Positions 27,458-37,323 of a stretch of DNA of 54,167 nucleotides are shown one piece after another; positions within the stretch are counted from its first letter, which is position 1; each line of letters starts with the position of its first letter. The position numbers were made by a program, and so were the translations under genes. Below the pieces are notes generated by a model. It was not told where the DNA came from and made no database searches. It saw nothing but the letters and a program-made list of their open reading frames with translations. The stretch comes from Candidatus Omnitrophota bacterium (GTDB lineage Bacteria > Omnitrophota > Gorgyraeia > Zapsychrales > Fredricksoniimonadaceae), in contig JACQCF010000023.1 of NCBI GenBank assembly GCA_016201795.1, positions 1 through 54,167 of the forward strand. Reading direction: 5' to 3'.

Positions 27458-27925
27458 AAAAGACCGGATTGGGATGAATATTTTTTGAAATTGGCGATGC
27501 TGGCTTCCGAGCGGGCCACCTGCCCGCGCATGCATTGCGGCTGTGTGCTGGTTAAGAATAAAAATGTGATTGCAACCGGTTACAATGGTTCCATCCCTGG
27601 CGATGATCATTGTGAGGATGCCGGTTGCATGATGGTTGACAATCACTGCGTGCGCACCGTGCACGCGGAGATGAATGCGCTGATACAGGCGGCTCGACGG
27701 GGTCATGCGGTAGAGGGGGCATCTGCCTACATCACCAACATGCCCTGCACCACCTGTTCCAAGGCGCTTATTACCGCGGGGGTTAAGAGGGTGGTGGTTT
27801 TCTCCGACTATCATGACACTCTGGCGGAGAGTTTTTTTGCCAAGGCGAATGTAAAAATCGACCGTATAGCCATACCGCAAAAAGAAATCCAATATGATCT
27901 TGGACGGTATTCTTCGGCCAGATAG
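27455..27925 (+). CDS. dCMP deaminase / ComEB-family deaminase
   Basis: RPDWDEYF, TGYNG, HAEMNA, PCTTC. Confidence 0.93.
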   Translation: MKRPDWDEYFLKLAMLASERATCPRMHCGCVLVKNKNVIATGYNGSIPGDDHCEDAGCMMVDNHCVRTVHAEMNALIQAARRGHAVEGASAYITNMPCTTCSKALITAGVKRVVVFSDYHDTLAESFFAKANVKIDRIAIPQKEIQYDLGRYSSAR

Positions 27926-27933
27926 AGGTTCTT

Positions 27934-28326
27934 ATGTCCGTGATTAAGGTTTTAATGGCTGATGATGAAGCCAGCGTCCTTGAGATTATGGCCCGTCAAG
28001 TGGCTTCCGCCGGCTTTGAGGTGATCACGGCCAGCGACGGCAAACAGGCCTGGGAGAAAATCCAGAGCGAAAACCCCGACGTGGTGGTCCTGGATTTATT
28101 AATGCCGCATATGGACGGCTTTGCCGTGCTCAGCCAGCTGCGCACCAATCCTCCTTCCAAGAAATGGATCCCCGTGATCATTGTCTCGGCCCTGAATGAA
28201 ACGCAGCATATGCAAAAGAGCTTTGATTTACAGGCGGATCATTATCTGGTAAAGCCTTGCCGGACCGAGGATGTCCTTCGAGCTATAAAACTCATGATCT
28301 CGTTAATTCCTTTAAGAAACTCCTAA
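27934..28326 (+). CDS. Single-domain response regulator
   Basis: ADDE, LDLLMP, VKP. Confidence 0.92.
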   Translation: MSVIKVLMADDEASVLEIMARQVASAGFEVITASDGKQAWEKIQSENPDVVVLDLLMPHMDGFAVLSQLRTNPPSKKWIPVIIVSALNETQHMQKSFDLQADHYLVKPCRTEDVLRAIKLMISLIPLRNS

Positions 28327-28328
28327 AC

Positions 28329-29150
28329 ATGCTGCGGCGATTTATGTCCACTTTAGCTGGAATTGTTTTTATTGTATTCGTTGGGCTTTTTGTTCTGGTG
28401 AAGTACTTGGAACATACGGCCGTATTTTTTCCCAGCAAATCCATGGATTCGACACCGGCCCAGGCCGGCATGCCTTACGAAGATCTGTATTTAACAACTT
28501 CCGACGGTGTTAAAATCAACGCGTGGTTAATCAAAAGCTCCCCGCAAGCCGCCACCATTCTTTTTGCCCACGGCAATGCCGGTACCATGAGTGATCGGGT
28601 GATGAAGATTAAATTTTTTCATGATTTGGGCTTAAACGTTTTGGTCTTTGATTACCGCGGCTACGGTAAGAGTCAGGGATACCCGACGGAAAAAGGGGTC
28701 TATCTGGATGCGGTGGCCGTTTACGATTATCTGCAAAGCCGGCCGGATATTGACCATCAGCGCATCATCGGCTATGGAGCGTCTTTAGGAGGAGTAGTGG
28801 CGGTGGATTTAGCGACCAGAAGAAAATTGGCAGCTCTGATGATCGAATCATCCATCACCTCGGCCAAAGATATGAGCCAACGCCTTTATCCGTTTCTGCC
28901 CTCATTTCTGATGAGCATCAAATTTGATTCGATGTCTAAAATCAAAAACATTGATGTCCCCAAACTATTTCTGCACAGCCCCGAAGATCAAATAGTACCT
29001 TTAAGCATGGGACAAAAACTCTATGAGGCGGCCCGTGGTCCTAAAAGTTTTTTATTCACTTATGGTGGGCATAATGATGGTTTTTTGATCAATGATCGCA
29101 GGGTGCGCAATGGTTTTAAGAAGTTTTTACAAACGTATTCTTTGCTATGA
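28329..29150 (+). CDS. Membrane-anchored alpha/beta hydrolase (ABHD13/BEM46-like)
   Basis: HGNAG, DYRGYG, GASLGG nucleophile, D and GGHN triad residues. Confidence 0.9.
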   Translation: MLRRFMSTLAGIVFIVFVGLFVLVKYLEHTAVFFPSKSMDSTPAQAGMPYEDLYLTTSDGVKINAWLIKSSPQAATILFAHGNAGTMSDRVMKIKFFHDLGLNVLVFDYRGYGKSQGYPTEKGVYLDAVAVYDYLQSRPDIDHQRIIGYGASLGGVVAVDLATRRKLAALMIESSITSAKDMSQRLYPFLPSFLMSIKFDSMSKIKNIDVPKLFLHSPEDQIVPLSMGQKLYEAARGPKSFLFTYGGHNDGFLINDRRVRNGFKKFLQTYSLL

Positions 29151-29992
29151 ACCAGGGCTTTTTAAAAACTCAAAAGACCTCCATTGTTGATGCCGGTGGC
29201 CGAGAGGTTCAATATGCTTCTCTCAAACAGGCCATGGCTTTGCGGGATAGGAAAGCCCGACGGCAGAGCCAGTTGATGCTTATTGATGGGGTGCGTGAGA
29301 TTCATCGCGCCTGTGCCGCCGGAGTTGAGATTGAGAAAGTTTTTATTTGCCGCCCTCTGTTGGGCGGGCGTGATGAATATCATTTGCTGGCTTTACTCAA
29401 ACAAAAGCAGGTGAAAATCGTGGAAGTTACTGAAGCGGTATTTGAAAAAATCGCTTATGGTCAGCGTATGGAAGGGATGTTGGCTATCGGCCGGATTCCG
29501 CAAAAATCTCTGTCGGACTTTAAACCTCGCGGACAATCCCTGTATGTGGTGGCGGAGTCTTTGGAGAAACCCGGTAATATCGGAGCGATTTTACGTACCT
29601 GCGATGCCGCCGGTGTTGACGGGCTTCTGATCGCCGATGCCCAAACGGATTTATATAACCCCAATGTGATCCGTGCCAGTACCGGCACTGTCTTTAGCGT
29701 GCCGACGGCCAGCGCTGATCATCAAGCGATTTTGGATTTCTTGAGACGTTATAAAATTAAAATCTGCGGTTTATTTGTGCAAAGCCCTAAGGATTACACA
29801 CAGACAGATTTCACTGGTCCTGTAGCTATTGTTTTAGGCAGTGAGGATAAAGGCTTAAGTGATTTCTGGAAGAAAAACACGGATGCGGCGATGAAAATCC
29901 CCATGAAGGGTCAAGCGGATTCCCTTAATGTGTCTGTCTCTGCGGCCATTGTTATCTACGAAGCCTTGCGCCAGCGCGCCAGAAAATTATAA
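29147..29992 (+). CDS. TrmH/SpoU RNA methyltransferase
   Basis: EKPGNIGAILR, GSEDKG, DSLNVS. Confidence 0.9.
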   Translation: MNQGFLKTQKTSIVDAGGREVQYASLKQAMALRDRKARRQSQLMLIDGVREIHRACAAGVEIEKVFICRPLLGGRDEYHLLALLKQKQVKIVEVTEAVFEKIAYGQRMEGMLAIGRIPQKSLSDFKPRGQSLYVVAESLEKPGNIGAILRTCDAAGVDGLLIADAQTDLYNPNVIRASTGTVFSVPTASADHQAILDFLRRYKIKICGLFVQSPKDYTQTDFTGPVAIVLGSEDKGLSDFWKKNTDAAMKIPMKGQADSLNVSVSAAIVIYEALRQRARKL

Positions 29993-30699
29993 TGCGCCTG
30001 CAAGTTTTTCTTTCCCACAATGGTATTTGTTCCCGACGAGAAGCGATGCAGGTCATTCAAACCGGACGGGTCAAGATTAACGGTCAGGTGATTAATGAAC
30101 CATCGGTGGATGTCAGCGGCAGCGAAGATATCACGGTCGATGACCGCAAGGTCATGGCCCAAGATTATACCTACGTGATGCTGCATAAACCCCCCGGCAC
30201 CACCACCACCAAAGAGGATCCTCACGCGGAGCAGACCGTGTTAGATCTTTTGCCTGAGCATTTGCATCATTTATCTCCCGTCGGACGTTTGGATCGCGAC
30301 AGCCAGGGGCTTTTGCTGTTGACCAATGACGGTGCTTTAGCGTATCGGCTGACGCATCCGAAATTTCACCTGGATAAAACTTATCTGGTACGTGTTAAAG
30401 GGCGATTAAGCAAAGATCATCAGAAAGAATTACAGCAGGGGGTTGTGATTGAAGATCACAAAACCGCTCCTTGCCGTATCACAGCAGTCCGTTATAATGG
30501 CGAAATCACGGAATTTCACATCACCCTCCACGAGGGCCGCAAACGACAAATTCGTTTGATGTTAAAAAGCGTAGGGCATCAGGTGCATTTTTTGGCGCGT
30601 ATCAGCATCGGGCCTTTGAGGTTAGGTGATTTAAAAATCGGCCAGTGGCGGTATTTAACGGACGAAGAACTTAAAGCATTACGAATGACAAAACAATGA
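29992..30699 (+). CDS. RsuA/RluB-family pseudouridine synthase
   Basis: S4 domain (SRREA), GRLDRDS, EGRKRQIR. Confidence 0.93.
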   Translation: MRLQVFLSHNGICSRREAMQVIQTGRVKINGQVINEPSVDVSGSEDITVDDRKVMAQDYTYVMLHKPPGTTTTKEDPHAEQTVLDLLPEHLHHLSPVGRLDRDSQGLLLLTNDGALAYRLTHPKFHLDKTYLVRVKGRLSKDHQKELQQGVVIEDHKTAPCRITAVRYNGEITEFHITLHEGRKRQIRLMLKSVGHQVHFLARISIGPLRLGDLKIGQWRYLTDEELKALRMTKQ

Positions 30700-32642
30700 T
30701 TACCATCATCCATTTAAGCAAGAATTTCGACGAGCGAATGCTTTTGGAGGATGTGTCTTTGAGCATTTTCCCCCACGAGCGCATAGGCCTGACAGGTCCC
30801 AACGGTGCCGGCAAATCGACCTTGTTTCAAATTATTTTAGGACAGATGGAGCCATCCACCGGCAGTGTGCAAATTCAAAAGAATTTAAAAATCGGCTATA
30901 TGGCCCAGGAGGCCAGGTATACCAGCGACCGCAGTATCATGGATGAGATGACCTGCGGTGATGAGGAAATCAAAAAGTTAGTTGATGAAAAACATAAACT
31001 CGAGGATGAGCATAAGGCCGACAGCTCCCGCTACGGCGATATTGTAGACCTTTTAGAAAAAAAAGGTATTTATGAGCTCGAGCACAAAGCCGAAAAAATT
31101 TTAACCGGCTTAGGCTTTAAAGAAGAAGATTTCCACCAACCGATTGCCCAGCTTTCCGGCGGTTGGCAGATGCGCACCCAGCTGGCCAAACTTCTGACTT
31201 ACCAATACGATTTGCTTTTGCTGGATGAGCCGACCAATTATCTTGATTTGGAAGCCACCCTTTGGCTGAAGGAGTATTTGTCCAAATACGACGGGACTTT
31301 TATTACCATCTCCCACGATAAAATTTTTCTTAATGATGTGACCAATTACACCATCATCCTCGAAGATGCCGCCATGACCAAGGTCAAGGGTAATTACGAA
31401 GCTTATGAAGAGGCCAAGGCCGTCAGGCTACGTACCCTCGTGAAACAGCAGAAGGTCATTGGACAAAAGCGTCAGCAGCTGGAACGTTTTACCGAGCGTT
31501 TTCATGCTCAGCCTAATCGGGCCTCCGCGGTACGCAATAAACGTAAAATGCTCGAGCGCCTGGAGGAAATCCCTATCCCGCCAGAGAAACACAGTATTGG
31601 TGATTTTGAATTTCCGCCCACCCTCGCAAGCGGATATACAGTTTTGACCATGAGTAAAATTTGTAAATCTTACGGCGAGAAAAAAGTTTATAAGGATTTG
31701 GATTTGGAAATCACCCGCGGCCAAAAGATTTGTCTGGTTGGCCCCAACGGTGCTGGCAAATCCACGCTTTTAAAGATGATCGCCGGCGTTTTGCCTTTTG
31801 ATGCGGGGACGTACAAGCTCGGGCATCAGGTGCAGTCCGGCTATTTTTCGCAGACCAGGCTTGAGGTGCTCAACCCTACGCGTTCGGTTTTGGAAGAATT
31901 GCTTTCAGCCAGCGATAAGAGCATTGCTCAGGCGCAGGCAAGAACCTTGCTGGGGGTGTTTAATTTCCGCGGGGATGATGTGTTCAAACCCGTGCGGGTG
32001 CTCTCCGGTGGGGAAAAAAGCCGTTTGATTTTAGCCAAGCTTTTGATTAACCCGCCTAATTTTATTTTGCTGGATGAACCAACCACCCATCTGGATATCG
32101 ACGGGGTGGAGGCTTTAACGGATTGTTTCAAGAAATACCAGGGCACGTTATGTTTTATCAGCCATGACCTTTTTTTCGTTAATGAAATCGCCAGCCATAT
32201 CGTTGAGGTCAACAACGGTCATTTGAAACATTATCACGGCGGCCTGGATTATTATTTAGAGAAGAAGGCCGGCATCGACGCTGATATCAAAGGGCAGCCA
32301 CCGCGCGCCGCGCAGAAAGCTACAGGGACTCTAGAGCAGCCGCTCAAGCCAACCAAAAAGGAGCCTCACAGCCCTCATCTGCAAAAAGCTTATCAACAGC
32401 ATCAGCAGGCGCTCAAACGCTTGGAAGAGATTAAAAAAGAAACCAAAGCTTTGGAAGAGGAACAAAAGCAGCTGGAGACAGAAAGTTATGTGAAATCCCG
32501 GTTTTTAAGCGATGCCTTTGGGCGGGATCCTCATCTGATCAAAGATTACGGCATCAGACTGAAAGAAATTCAGAGACGTTTCAGGGAAATTGCGGTAACA
32601 TTAGATAGATTGCACCAAGAAAAAATTAATATCACTAAATAA
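30696..32642 (+). CDS. ABC-F family ATPase
   Basis: Two GPNGAGKST cassettes, LSGGW/LSGGEK, DEPT, no TM. Confidence 0.93.
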   Translation: MITIIHLSKNFDERMLLEDVSLSIFPHERIGLTGPNGAGKSTLFQIILGQMEPSTGSVQIQKNLKIGYMAQEARYTSDRSIMDEMTCGDEEIKKLVDEKHKLEDEHKADSSRYGDIVDLLEKKGIYELEHKAEKILTGLGFKEEDFHQPIAQLSGGWQMRTQLAKLLTYQYDLLLLDEPTNYLDLEATLWLKEYLSKYDGTFITISHDKIFLNDVTNYTIILEDAAMTKVKGNYEAYEEAKAVRLRTLVKQQKVIGQKRQQLERFTERFHAQPNRASAVRNKRKMLERLEEIPIPPEKHSIGDFEFPPTLASGYTVLTMSKICKSYGEKKVYKDLDLEITRGQKICLVGPNGAGKSTLLKMIAGVLPFDAGTYKLGHQVQSGYFSQTRLEVLNPTRSVLEELLSASDKSIAQAQARTLLGVFNFRGDDVFKPVRVLSGGEKSRLILAKLLINPPNFILLDEPTTHLDIDGVEALTDCFKKYQGTLCFISHDLFFVNEIASHIVEVNNGHLKHYHGGLDYYLEKKAGIDADIKGQPPRAAQKATGTLEQPLKPTKKEPHSPHLQKAYQQHQQALKRLEEIKKETKALEEEQKQLETESYVKSRFLSDAFGRDPHLIKDYGIRLKEIQRRFREIAVTLDRLHQEKINITK

Positions 32643-32646
32643 TTCC

Positions 32647-33039
32647 ATGCCCCTGCTCAAAAATCTTTTGATGGTGACGGTCTGTTTTGGATGCTGCGGT
32701 TGTACGATTTTGAATCATTTGGATGAGATTTCAACCCTTGGTGACTACTCCCGGGATAAAGACGACCAGCATAAGCTGGTCAATGGCATCAATGCCCGTT
32801 ATGATGCCCTGGTAGCAGCTATGAAGAGTGGGGATATTAAAAAATATCCTGATCAGAAAGCCGTACGCCAAGCTTTTGGTGAGTCTATTTTGATTAAAAG
32901 GATCGACGATCATGGGCAACCCCAAGAACAGTGGCTTTACCGCCACGCTCTTCCTATAAAAGCGCAAGATAAAGTGTATTTGTATTTTAACGCTCAAGGG
33001 AAATTGCTTCGATACGAGCAGGAGAAAATTCAATGGTAA
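32647..33039 (+). CDS. Hypothetical lipoprotein
   Basis: Signal with CCGC lipobox-like end; WLYR...YLYFN. Confidence 0.65.
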   Translation: MPLLKNLLMVTVCFGCCGCTILNHLDEISTLGDYSRDKDDQHKLVNGINARYDALVAAMKSGDIKKYPDQKAVRQAFGESILIKRIDDHGQPQEQWLYRHALPIKAQDKVYLYFNAQGKLLRYEQEKIQW

Positions 33040-34151
33040 GTACCGTTTTAATCATTTTAACCGTCGCTGGAATTGTTTTATTGATTATGATCTTTTCGCG
33101 TCAGAGTTCTTTGGAAAAGAATCAGGATCGCGGCCAGCAGATGATGGCGCAGAATTTGAGTTCTTTCGCGCAAATGCACGAACAGAAGCTCGAGCGCATC
33201 CGCGAGTCGGTGGAGAAAAAACTTGGCGACATTGCGCAGGATAACAGCCAGAAACTGGAGAAAATACGTGAGACGGTGGATGAAAAATTACAGGCCACCC
33301 TCGAGAAACGTTTGGGTCAATCCTTTCAATTAGTCAGCGACCGTTTAGAAAAAGTACACCAAGGTTTGGGTGAAATGCAAAACCTGGCAACAGGCGTCGG
33401 GGATTTAAAAAAGATCTTAACGAATGTAAAAACACGCGGCACCTGGGGAGAAATACAATTAGGAAATTTGTTGGAACAGATTTTAATTCCGGAGCAGTAC
33501 GAAAAGAATTTTATTACGAAAAAAGGAAGCAATGATCCGGTTGAATTTGCCATTAAACTTCCCCGGGAAAAAGGGGTTTATATCCCTATAGATGCGAAAT
33601 TCCCCAAAGAAGATTATGAGAGGCTGTTGTCTGCCCAGGATTCGAGCGATTATGCTTTAATGGAAGAATGTTCTAAAGCTATTGAGAATAGGATTAAGTT
33701 GGAGGCGAAGAAAGTTAAAGATAAGTATATAGATCCTCCATTCACGACGGATTTTGCCATTCTTTATCTGCCCATCGAAGGGCTTTATGCGGAAGTATTA
33801 CGCCGGCCGGGTTTATGTGAATTTCTTCAAAGAGAATACCGCATCAGTATTGCTGGTCCAACGACGATTGCGGCTTTACTCAACAGCCTGCAAATGGGAT
33901 TTCGGACTTTGGCCGTCGAAAAGAGGGCCAGCGAGGTATGGGAGCTTTTGGGAACGGTGAAAACCGAATTCGGCAAATTCGGCGATCTTTTGGATAAAAC
34001 CAAAGAGAAGTTAGATTTGGCCAGCAAGAATATTGAGGATGCCACCCGCAAATCCCGTACCATTGAAAAGAAACTGCGGGATGTGCAGGACATGCCCGGC
34101 AGGCAGGATTTGCCGAGCTCGGTAGAAAAACCTTTGTTGGAGGAAGTATGA
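33033..34151 (+). CDS. rmuC: DNA recombination protein RmuC
   Basis: KTRGTWGE, PIDAKFP, GPTT, LQMGFRTLA. Confidence 0.95.
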   Translation: MVSTVLIILTVAGIVLLIMIFSRQSSLEKNQDRGQQMMAQNLSSFAQMHEQKLERIRESVEKKLGDIAQDNSQKLEKIRETVDEKLQATLEKRLGQSFQLVSDRLEKVHQGLGEMQNLATGVGDLKKILTNVKTRGTWGEIQLGNLLEQILIPEQYEKNFITKKGSNDPVEFAIKLPREKGVYIPIDAKFPKEDYERLLSAQDSSDYALMEECSKAIENRIKLEAKKVKDKYIDPPFTTDFAILYLPIEGLYAEVLRRPGLCEFLQREYRISIAGPTTIAALLNSLQMGFRTLAVEKRASEVWELLGTVKTEFGKFGDLLDKTKEKLDLASKNIEDATRKSRTIEKKLRDVQDMPGRQDLPSSVEKPLLEEV

Positions 34152-34843
34152 AATTTTTTGAAGGTCAAAATGTCGTCGCTTTTATCGGCGATAAAGGCAT
34201 GGATTTTCAACCCGACGATTTTGACGCGCCTTTAACGGATGAGCAAAGAGCCTATTTGAAAAAAGAATGCTCACTGGACGTGCCTCATGTGTTCTGGCGC
34301 AGACAAATTCACGGTGACGATATTTTAGTCGCTAAAGATTCCTCATATTCTTCTCGAGGCTGTCCTGACGCGGATGCTTATATCACTTGTCAGAAAAATT
34401 TGCCCGTGGCCATCCGTACGGCCGACTGTGTGCCGGTGTTATTATTTGATCCGATCAAACGTGCCGTCGGTGTGGCGCATGCGGGATGGAAGGGGACGGT
34501 CAAAGAAATCGCTTATAAGACAATCCTTCGTATGAAAGAAACTTTTGGCAGTAAGCCTGAAGATATTCAAGCGGTGTTGGGTCCGGCGATTCAGCCGTGC
34601 TGTTATGAGGTCAGCGCAGAATTCCGTCAGTATTTTCCCAATGAAATCATCGAGCGCGGGGGCACGCTCTATGTGGATGTGACCAAAAATAATTATAAAC
34701 AGCTGCTTAAAGCCGGCCTTAAAAAAGAACATATCAACAACACGGGAACCTGCACGCATTGCAGCCCAAAATATTTTTCTTTCCGTCGAGACGCGGAAAA
34801 AGCCGGGCGGATGATTTCCCTGATGATACTGCTCCAGACGTAA
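34148..34843 (+). CDS. pgeF: PgeF/YfiH-family protein
   Basis: QIHG, TADCVP, HAGWKG, GPAI..CCYEV, FSFRR. Confidence 0.93.
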   Translation: MKFFEGQNVVAFIGDKGMDFQPDDFDAPLTDEQRAYLKKECSLDVPHVFWRRQIHGDDILVAKDSSYSSRGCPDADAYITCQKNLPVAIRTADCVPVLLFDPIKRAVGVAHAGWKGTVKEIAYKTILRMKETFGSKPEDIQAVLGPAIQPCCYEVSAEFRQYFPNEIIERGGTLYVDVTKNNYKQLLKAGLKKEHINNTGTCTHCSPKYFSFRRDAEKAGRMISLMILLQT

Positions 34844-34878
34844 TGTCTGGGGCATCCTGAGCCGTCTAGCGAAGGATC
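34830..34878 (+). repeat. 49-nt two-hairpin repeat, copy 1 (pgeF stop codon in the loop)
   Basis: TGCTCCAGACG-TAA-TGTCTGGGGCA-TCCTGAG..CGAAGGATC. Confidence 0.75.
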
Positions 34879-34882
34879 CATA

Positions 34883-35203
34883 ATGCATAAATATATCGTC
34901 ATTTTCATTACCGCTCAAAATAAAATGCAAGCAAAAAAGATCGCTCAGGGCCTTCTGAAGGATCGATTGATTGCCTGTGCCAATATCCTTAGAGGGGTTG
35001 ATTCTCTATTCTGGTGGCAGGGCAAGCTCGACCATAGCCGCGAGGTGCTGCTGATGATCAAAACAAAACAAAAATTTTTTGAAAAAGTGGTTTCCAAAGT
35101 TAAGCTGCTGCACAGTTATCAAACACCGGAGATTATTGCCTTGCCCATCGTCGCTGCCAGCAGAGATTATTTAAAGTGGATTGATGAAGTGATTCCGACG
35201 TAA
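34883..35203 (+). CDS. cutA: Divalent-cation tolerance protein CutA
   Basis: LIACANI, SLFWWQG, HSYQTPEII. Confidence 0.95.
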   Translation: MHKYIVIFITAQNKMQAKKIAQGLLKDRLIACANILRGVDSLFWWQGKLDHSREVLLMIKTKQKFFEKVVSKVKLLHSYQTPEIIALPIVAASRDYLKWIDEVIPT

Positions 35204-35238
35204 CGTCGGAATCATCCTGAGGCAACGGCCGAAGGATC
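35190..35238 (+). repeat. 49-nt two-hairpin repeat, copy 2 (cutA stop codon in the loop)
   Basis: TGATTCCGACG-TAA-CGTCGGAATCA-TCCTGAG..CGAAGGATC. Confidence 0.75.
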
Positions 35239-35256
35239 TCATTGGAAAAGGAGTTT

Positions 35257-35757
35257 ATGGTACGCTTCATAATACTGGTTATTTTTGCTTTAGCTTCACC
35301 TTATGCTTTGGCTATGGGGAATTTGCCTTCAAACGAGCTAACCGATAGCCTGATCGGCAAACCCGCTCCTGAGTTTACGTTGCAGACGGTCTCGGGCGCT
35401 CAACAAAGTTTAACTCAGGCGCGGGCCGGCAAAAAGGCCGTTATATTTTTTTGGGCTGCGTGGTGCCCGCATTGCCGCCAGGAGCTGAGGAATTTGGCTT
35501 TCCATTTGCAGACAATCCAGAACAAGGGTATTCAAATTCTTCTAGTCGATGTGGGAGAAGCTAAAGAAGACGTCAAAGCTTATTTAGATCACCGCAAGCT
35601 GCCATTGGATAGTTTTGTGGATGAAGATAACACCGTTGCCGGTCGCTACGGTGTTGAGGGGATACCGACACTATTTTTTATCGACGAAAAGGGCATGGTG
35701 CGTGCCATTGAGCATGAATTTCCTGAGGACTACCAGACGCGGTTTCATTCGAAATGA
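35257..35757 (+). CDS. TlpA/ResA-like exported thiol-disulfide oxidoreductase
   Basis: GKPAPEF, WCPHC, GIPT; AAGGAG SD before ATG 35257. Confidence 0.9.
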   Translation: MVRFIILVIFALASPYALAMGNLPSNELTDSLIGKPAPEFTLQTVSGAQQSLTQARAGKKAVIFFWAAWCPHCRQELRNLAFHLQTIQNKGIQILLVDVGEAKEDVKAYLDHRKLPLDSFVDEDNTVAGRYGVEGIPTLFFIDEKGMVRAIEHEFPEDYQTRFHSK

Positions 35758-35767
35758 CAGAGGTTAT

Positions 35768-37243
35768 TTATCGTTTTTGTCTGTTGCGCTCCACATTGCT
35801 TTGCACATTAGCTTCAAATTTTAATTGGGTCAAGAAGCCTATGATGGCCTGACTGCGCCTCTGGGCTATCATCATTTGTCTGAAATTTTCTTTATCCGCC
35901 TCAAATTGGTTTTGGTCGACGGGCTCGGTACTGTCTAAATAAATAATGGCCGGGCCTTGGGTCGTGGTTATCACCGCGCTTAAGCGGTTTTGCATATTCA
36001 TCTTGAGCGTCTCTTCCTGAAATTCCGCTAGCAACCCCCTATTGGCCTGATATTCCCCCCGGCCAAAGGGCGGCGCTTGATCCACTTTAGCACCCGCGGC
36101 TTCGGCTAATTCTTTAAAACTTTTATTGGCTTTTAATCCTTCTTGAATGTTTTTAAGCGCGGCGTCGGCTTTGGTTTGGGCCAGCCCAAAACCCCTGTCG
36201 GTCAATAACGCGTTTTTGACTTGGGGTTTGATTTGTTCCAAAGGCGGGATCGAGGATTCCTGGCGCTCTTTAATTTTCAACACTTCCCAACCATCGGGAG
36301 CTTCGATCACAGGACTGTATTGGCCCTGTTTCATACTAAAGATTCTATCCACAAGCTCCGGCGACCAGGCAAAGGTCAACAGAGGCTGGGACTGGGAAAA
36401 GAGGCCGCTTTCTTTGAGTTGGATTTTATGTTTTTGGGCCAGCGCATTAAAATCGCTGTCAGCTTTTAGTGGTTCTCTGGCTAAAGCCACCACTTCTTTT
36501 TTTACATCTTCTTTTTGTGCGTCGGTGGCTTTATCCGGATAGGAGAGCGCAGCATACTCGACGTTAACCATCACGGGTTTGTGGAACAGCTCTTTGTTTT
36601 TATCGTAGTACTGTGTAACTTCCACTTCGGTGACTGTCAAATCTTCGGCTGCTTTGAGGGGCTCAAAAAGAGCATAGGTCAATTTGATTTTTTCATTGCG
36701 CAGCGTATATTCTTTTTTGAGTTCTTGTTCAGTTAAGGTGGAAGGTACGGCGACTTGATCCAGCAGTTTTTTGATGGTTAGCTGCGTACGAATGCCTTCT
36801 TCAAAATCATGCACCGTGCGGTCGAAAACACCGGCATTCTCTACAATGGCTTGATACAGTAACGGTTCGAATTTACCATTGCGCTGGAAAAATGGTACGG
36901 CGGCAATAAAATCGACCACTTCTTCGTTGAAAGTTTTCAGGCCGCGTTTTTTAGCCTCACGCAAAAGCAGCAGGCGATCCCAGGCTTCAGATTCAAGATT
37001 CAAACGGTTGCCAAGCTTAAAAAATTGGTCACCATAGAGCATGATGGCTTGATCGCGGCTGTCTAAATAGGCTTTGTTGAAGTCGCGTATAGAAACGCTG
37101 CGGCCGTACATTTTACCGGCACTGTTGACGGAATTATCCATCCGCCAGGCGGTACCGAAAACGCCGAAGGAAAGGATGATGATGACCGCAATCACCCAGA
37201 GAATTTTTTTGGAAATGCCTTTGTGACGAAGAATATTGAGCAT
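35768..37243 (-). CDS. PpiD/SurA-N-domain periplasmic chaperone
   Basis: MLNILR..KKILW TM anchor, SurA-N region, degenerate parvulin region (DFNALAQKH...SPVIE). Confidence 0.8.
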   Translation of the reverse strand: MLNILRHKGISKKILWVIAVIIILSFGVFGTAWRMDNSVNSAGKMYGRSVSIRDFNKAYLDSRDQAIMLYGDQFFKLGNRLNLESEAWDRLLLLREAKKRGLKTFNEEVVDFIAAVPFFQRNGKFEPLLYQAIVENAGVFDRTVHDFEEGIRTQLTIKKLLDQVAVPSTLTEQELKKEYTLRNEKIKLTYALFEPLKAAEDLTVTEVEVTQYYDKNKELFHKPVMVNVEYAALSYPDKATDAQKEDVKKEVVALAREPLKADSDFNALAQKHKIQLKESGLFSQSQPLLTFAWSPELVDRIFSMKQGQYSPVIEAPDGWEVLKIKERQESSIPPLEQIKPQVKNALLTDRGFGLAQTKADAALKNIQEGLKANKSFKELAEAAGAKVDQAPPFGRGEYQANRGLLAEFQEETLKMNMQNRLSAVITTTQGPAIIYLDSTEPVDQNQFEADKENFRQMMIAQRRSQAIIGFLTQLKFEANVQSNVERNRQKR

Positions 37244-37253
37244 AATGCCGTGC

Positions 37254-37315
37254 ATTATATACGAGCCCATTGGCTTTGACAAGGGCTAGATATTTGAATT
37301 GATGGGTGATATACT
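37254..37315. promoter_or_regulatory. Divergent promoters for the ppiD-like and phosphoesterase genes
   Basis: Minus: TTGTCA-17-TATAAT-10-ATG(37243); plus: TGaTATACT-8-ATG(37324). Confidence 0.55.
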
Positions 37316-37323
37316 TATTTTTT

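Noticed and set aside
27395-27892. 165-aa minus-strand ORF, and similar antisense ORFs such as 18297-18833, 34442-34930 and 8536-8904
   Set aside because: They are antisense to well-supported genes and have no motifs.
34830-35238. Repeats flanking cutA read as integron attC sites or a mini-CRISPR
   Set aside because: No GTTRRRY/RYYYAAC core sites seen, no integrase, only two copies, and a housekeeping context.
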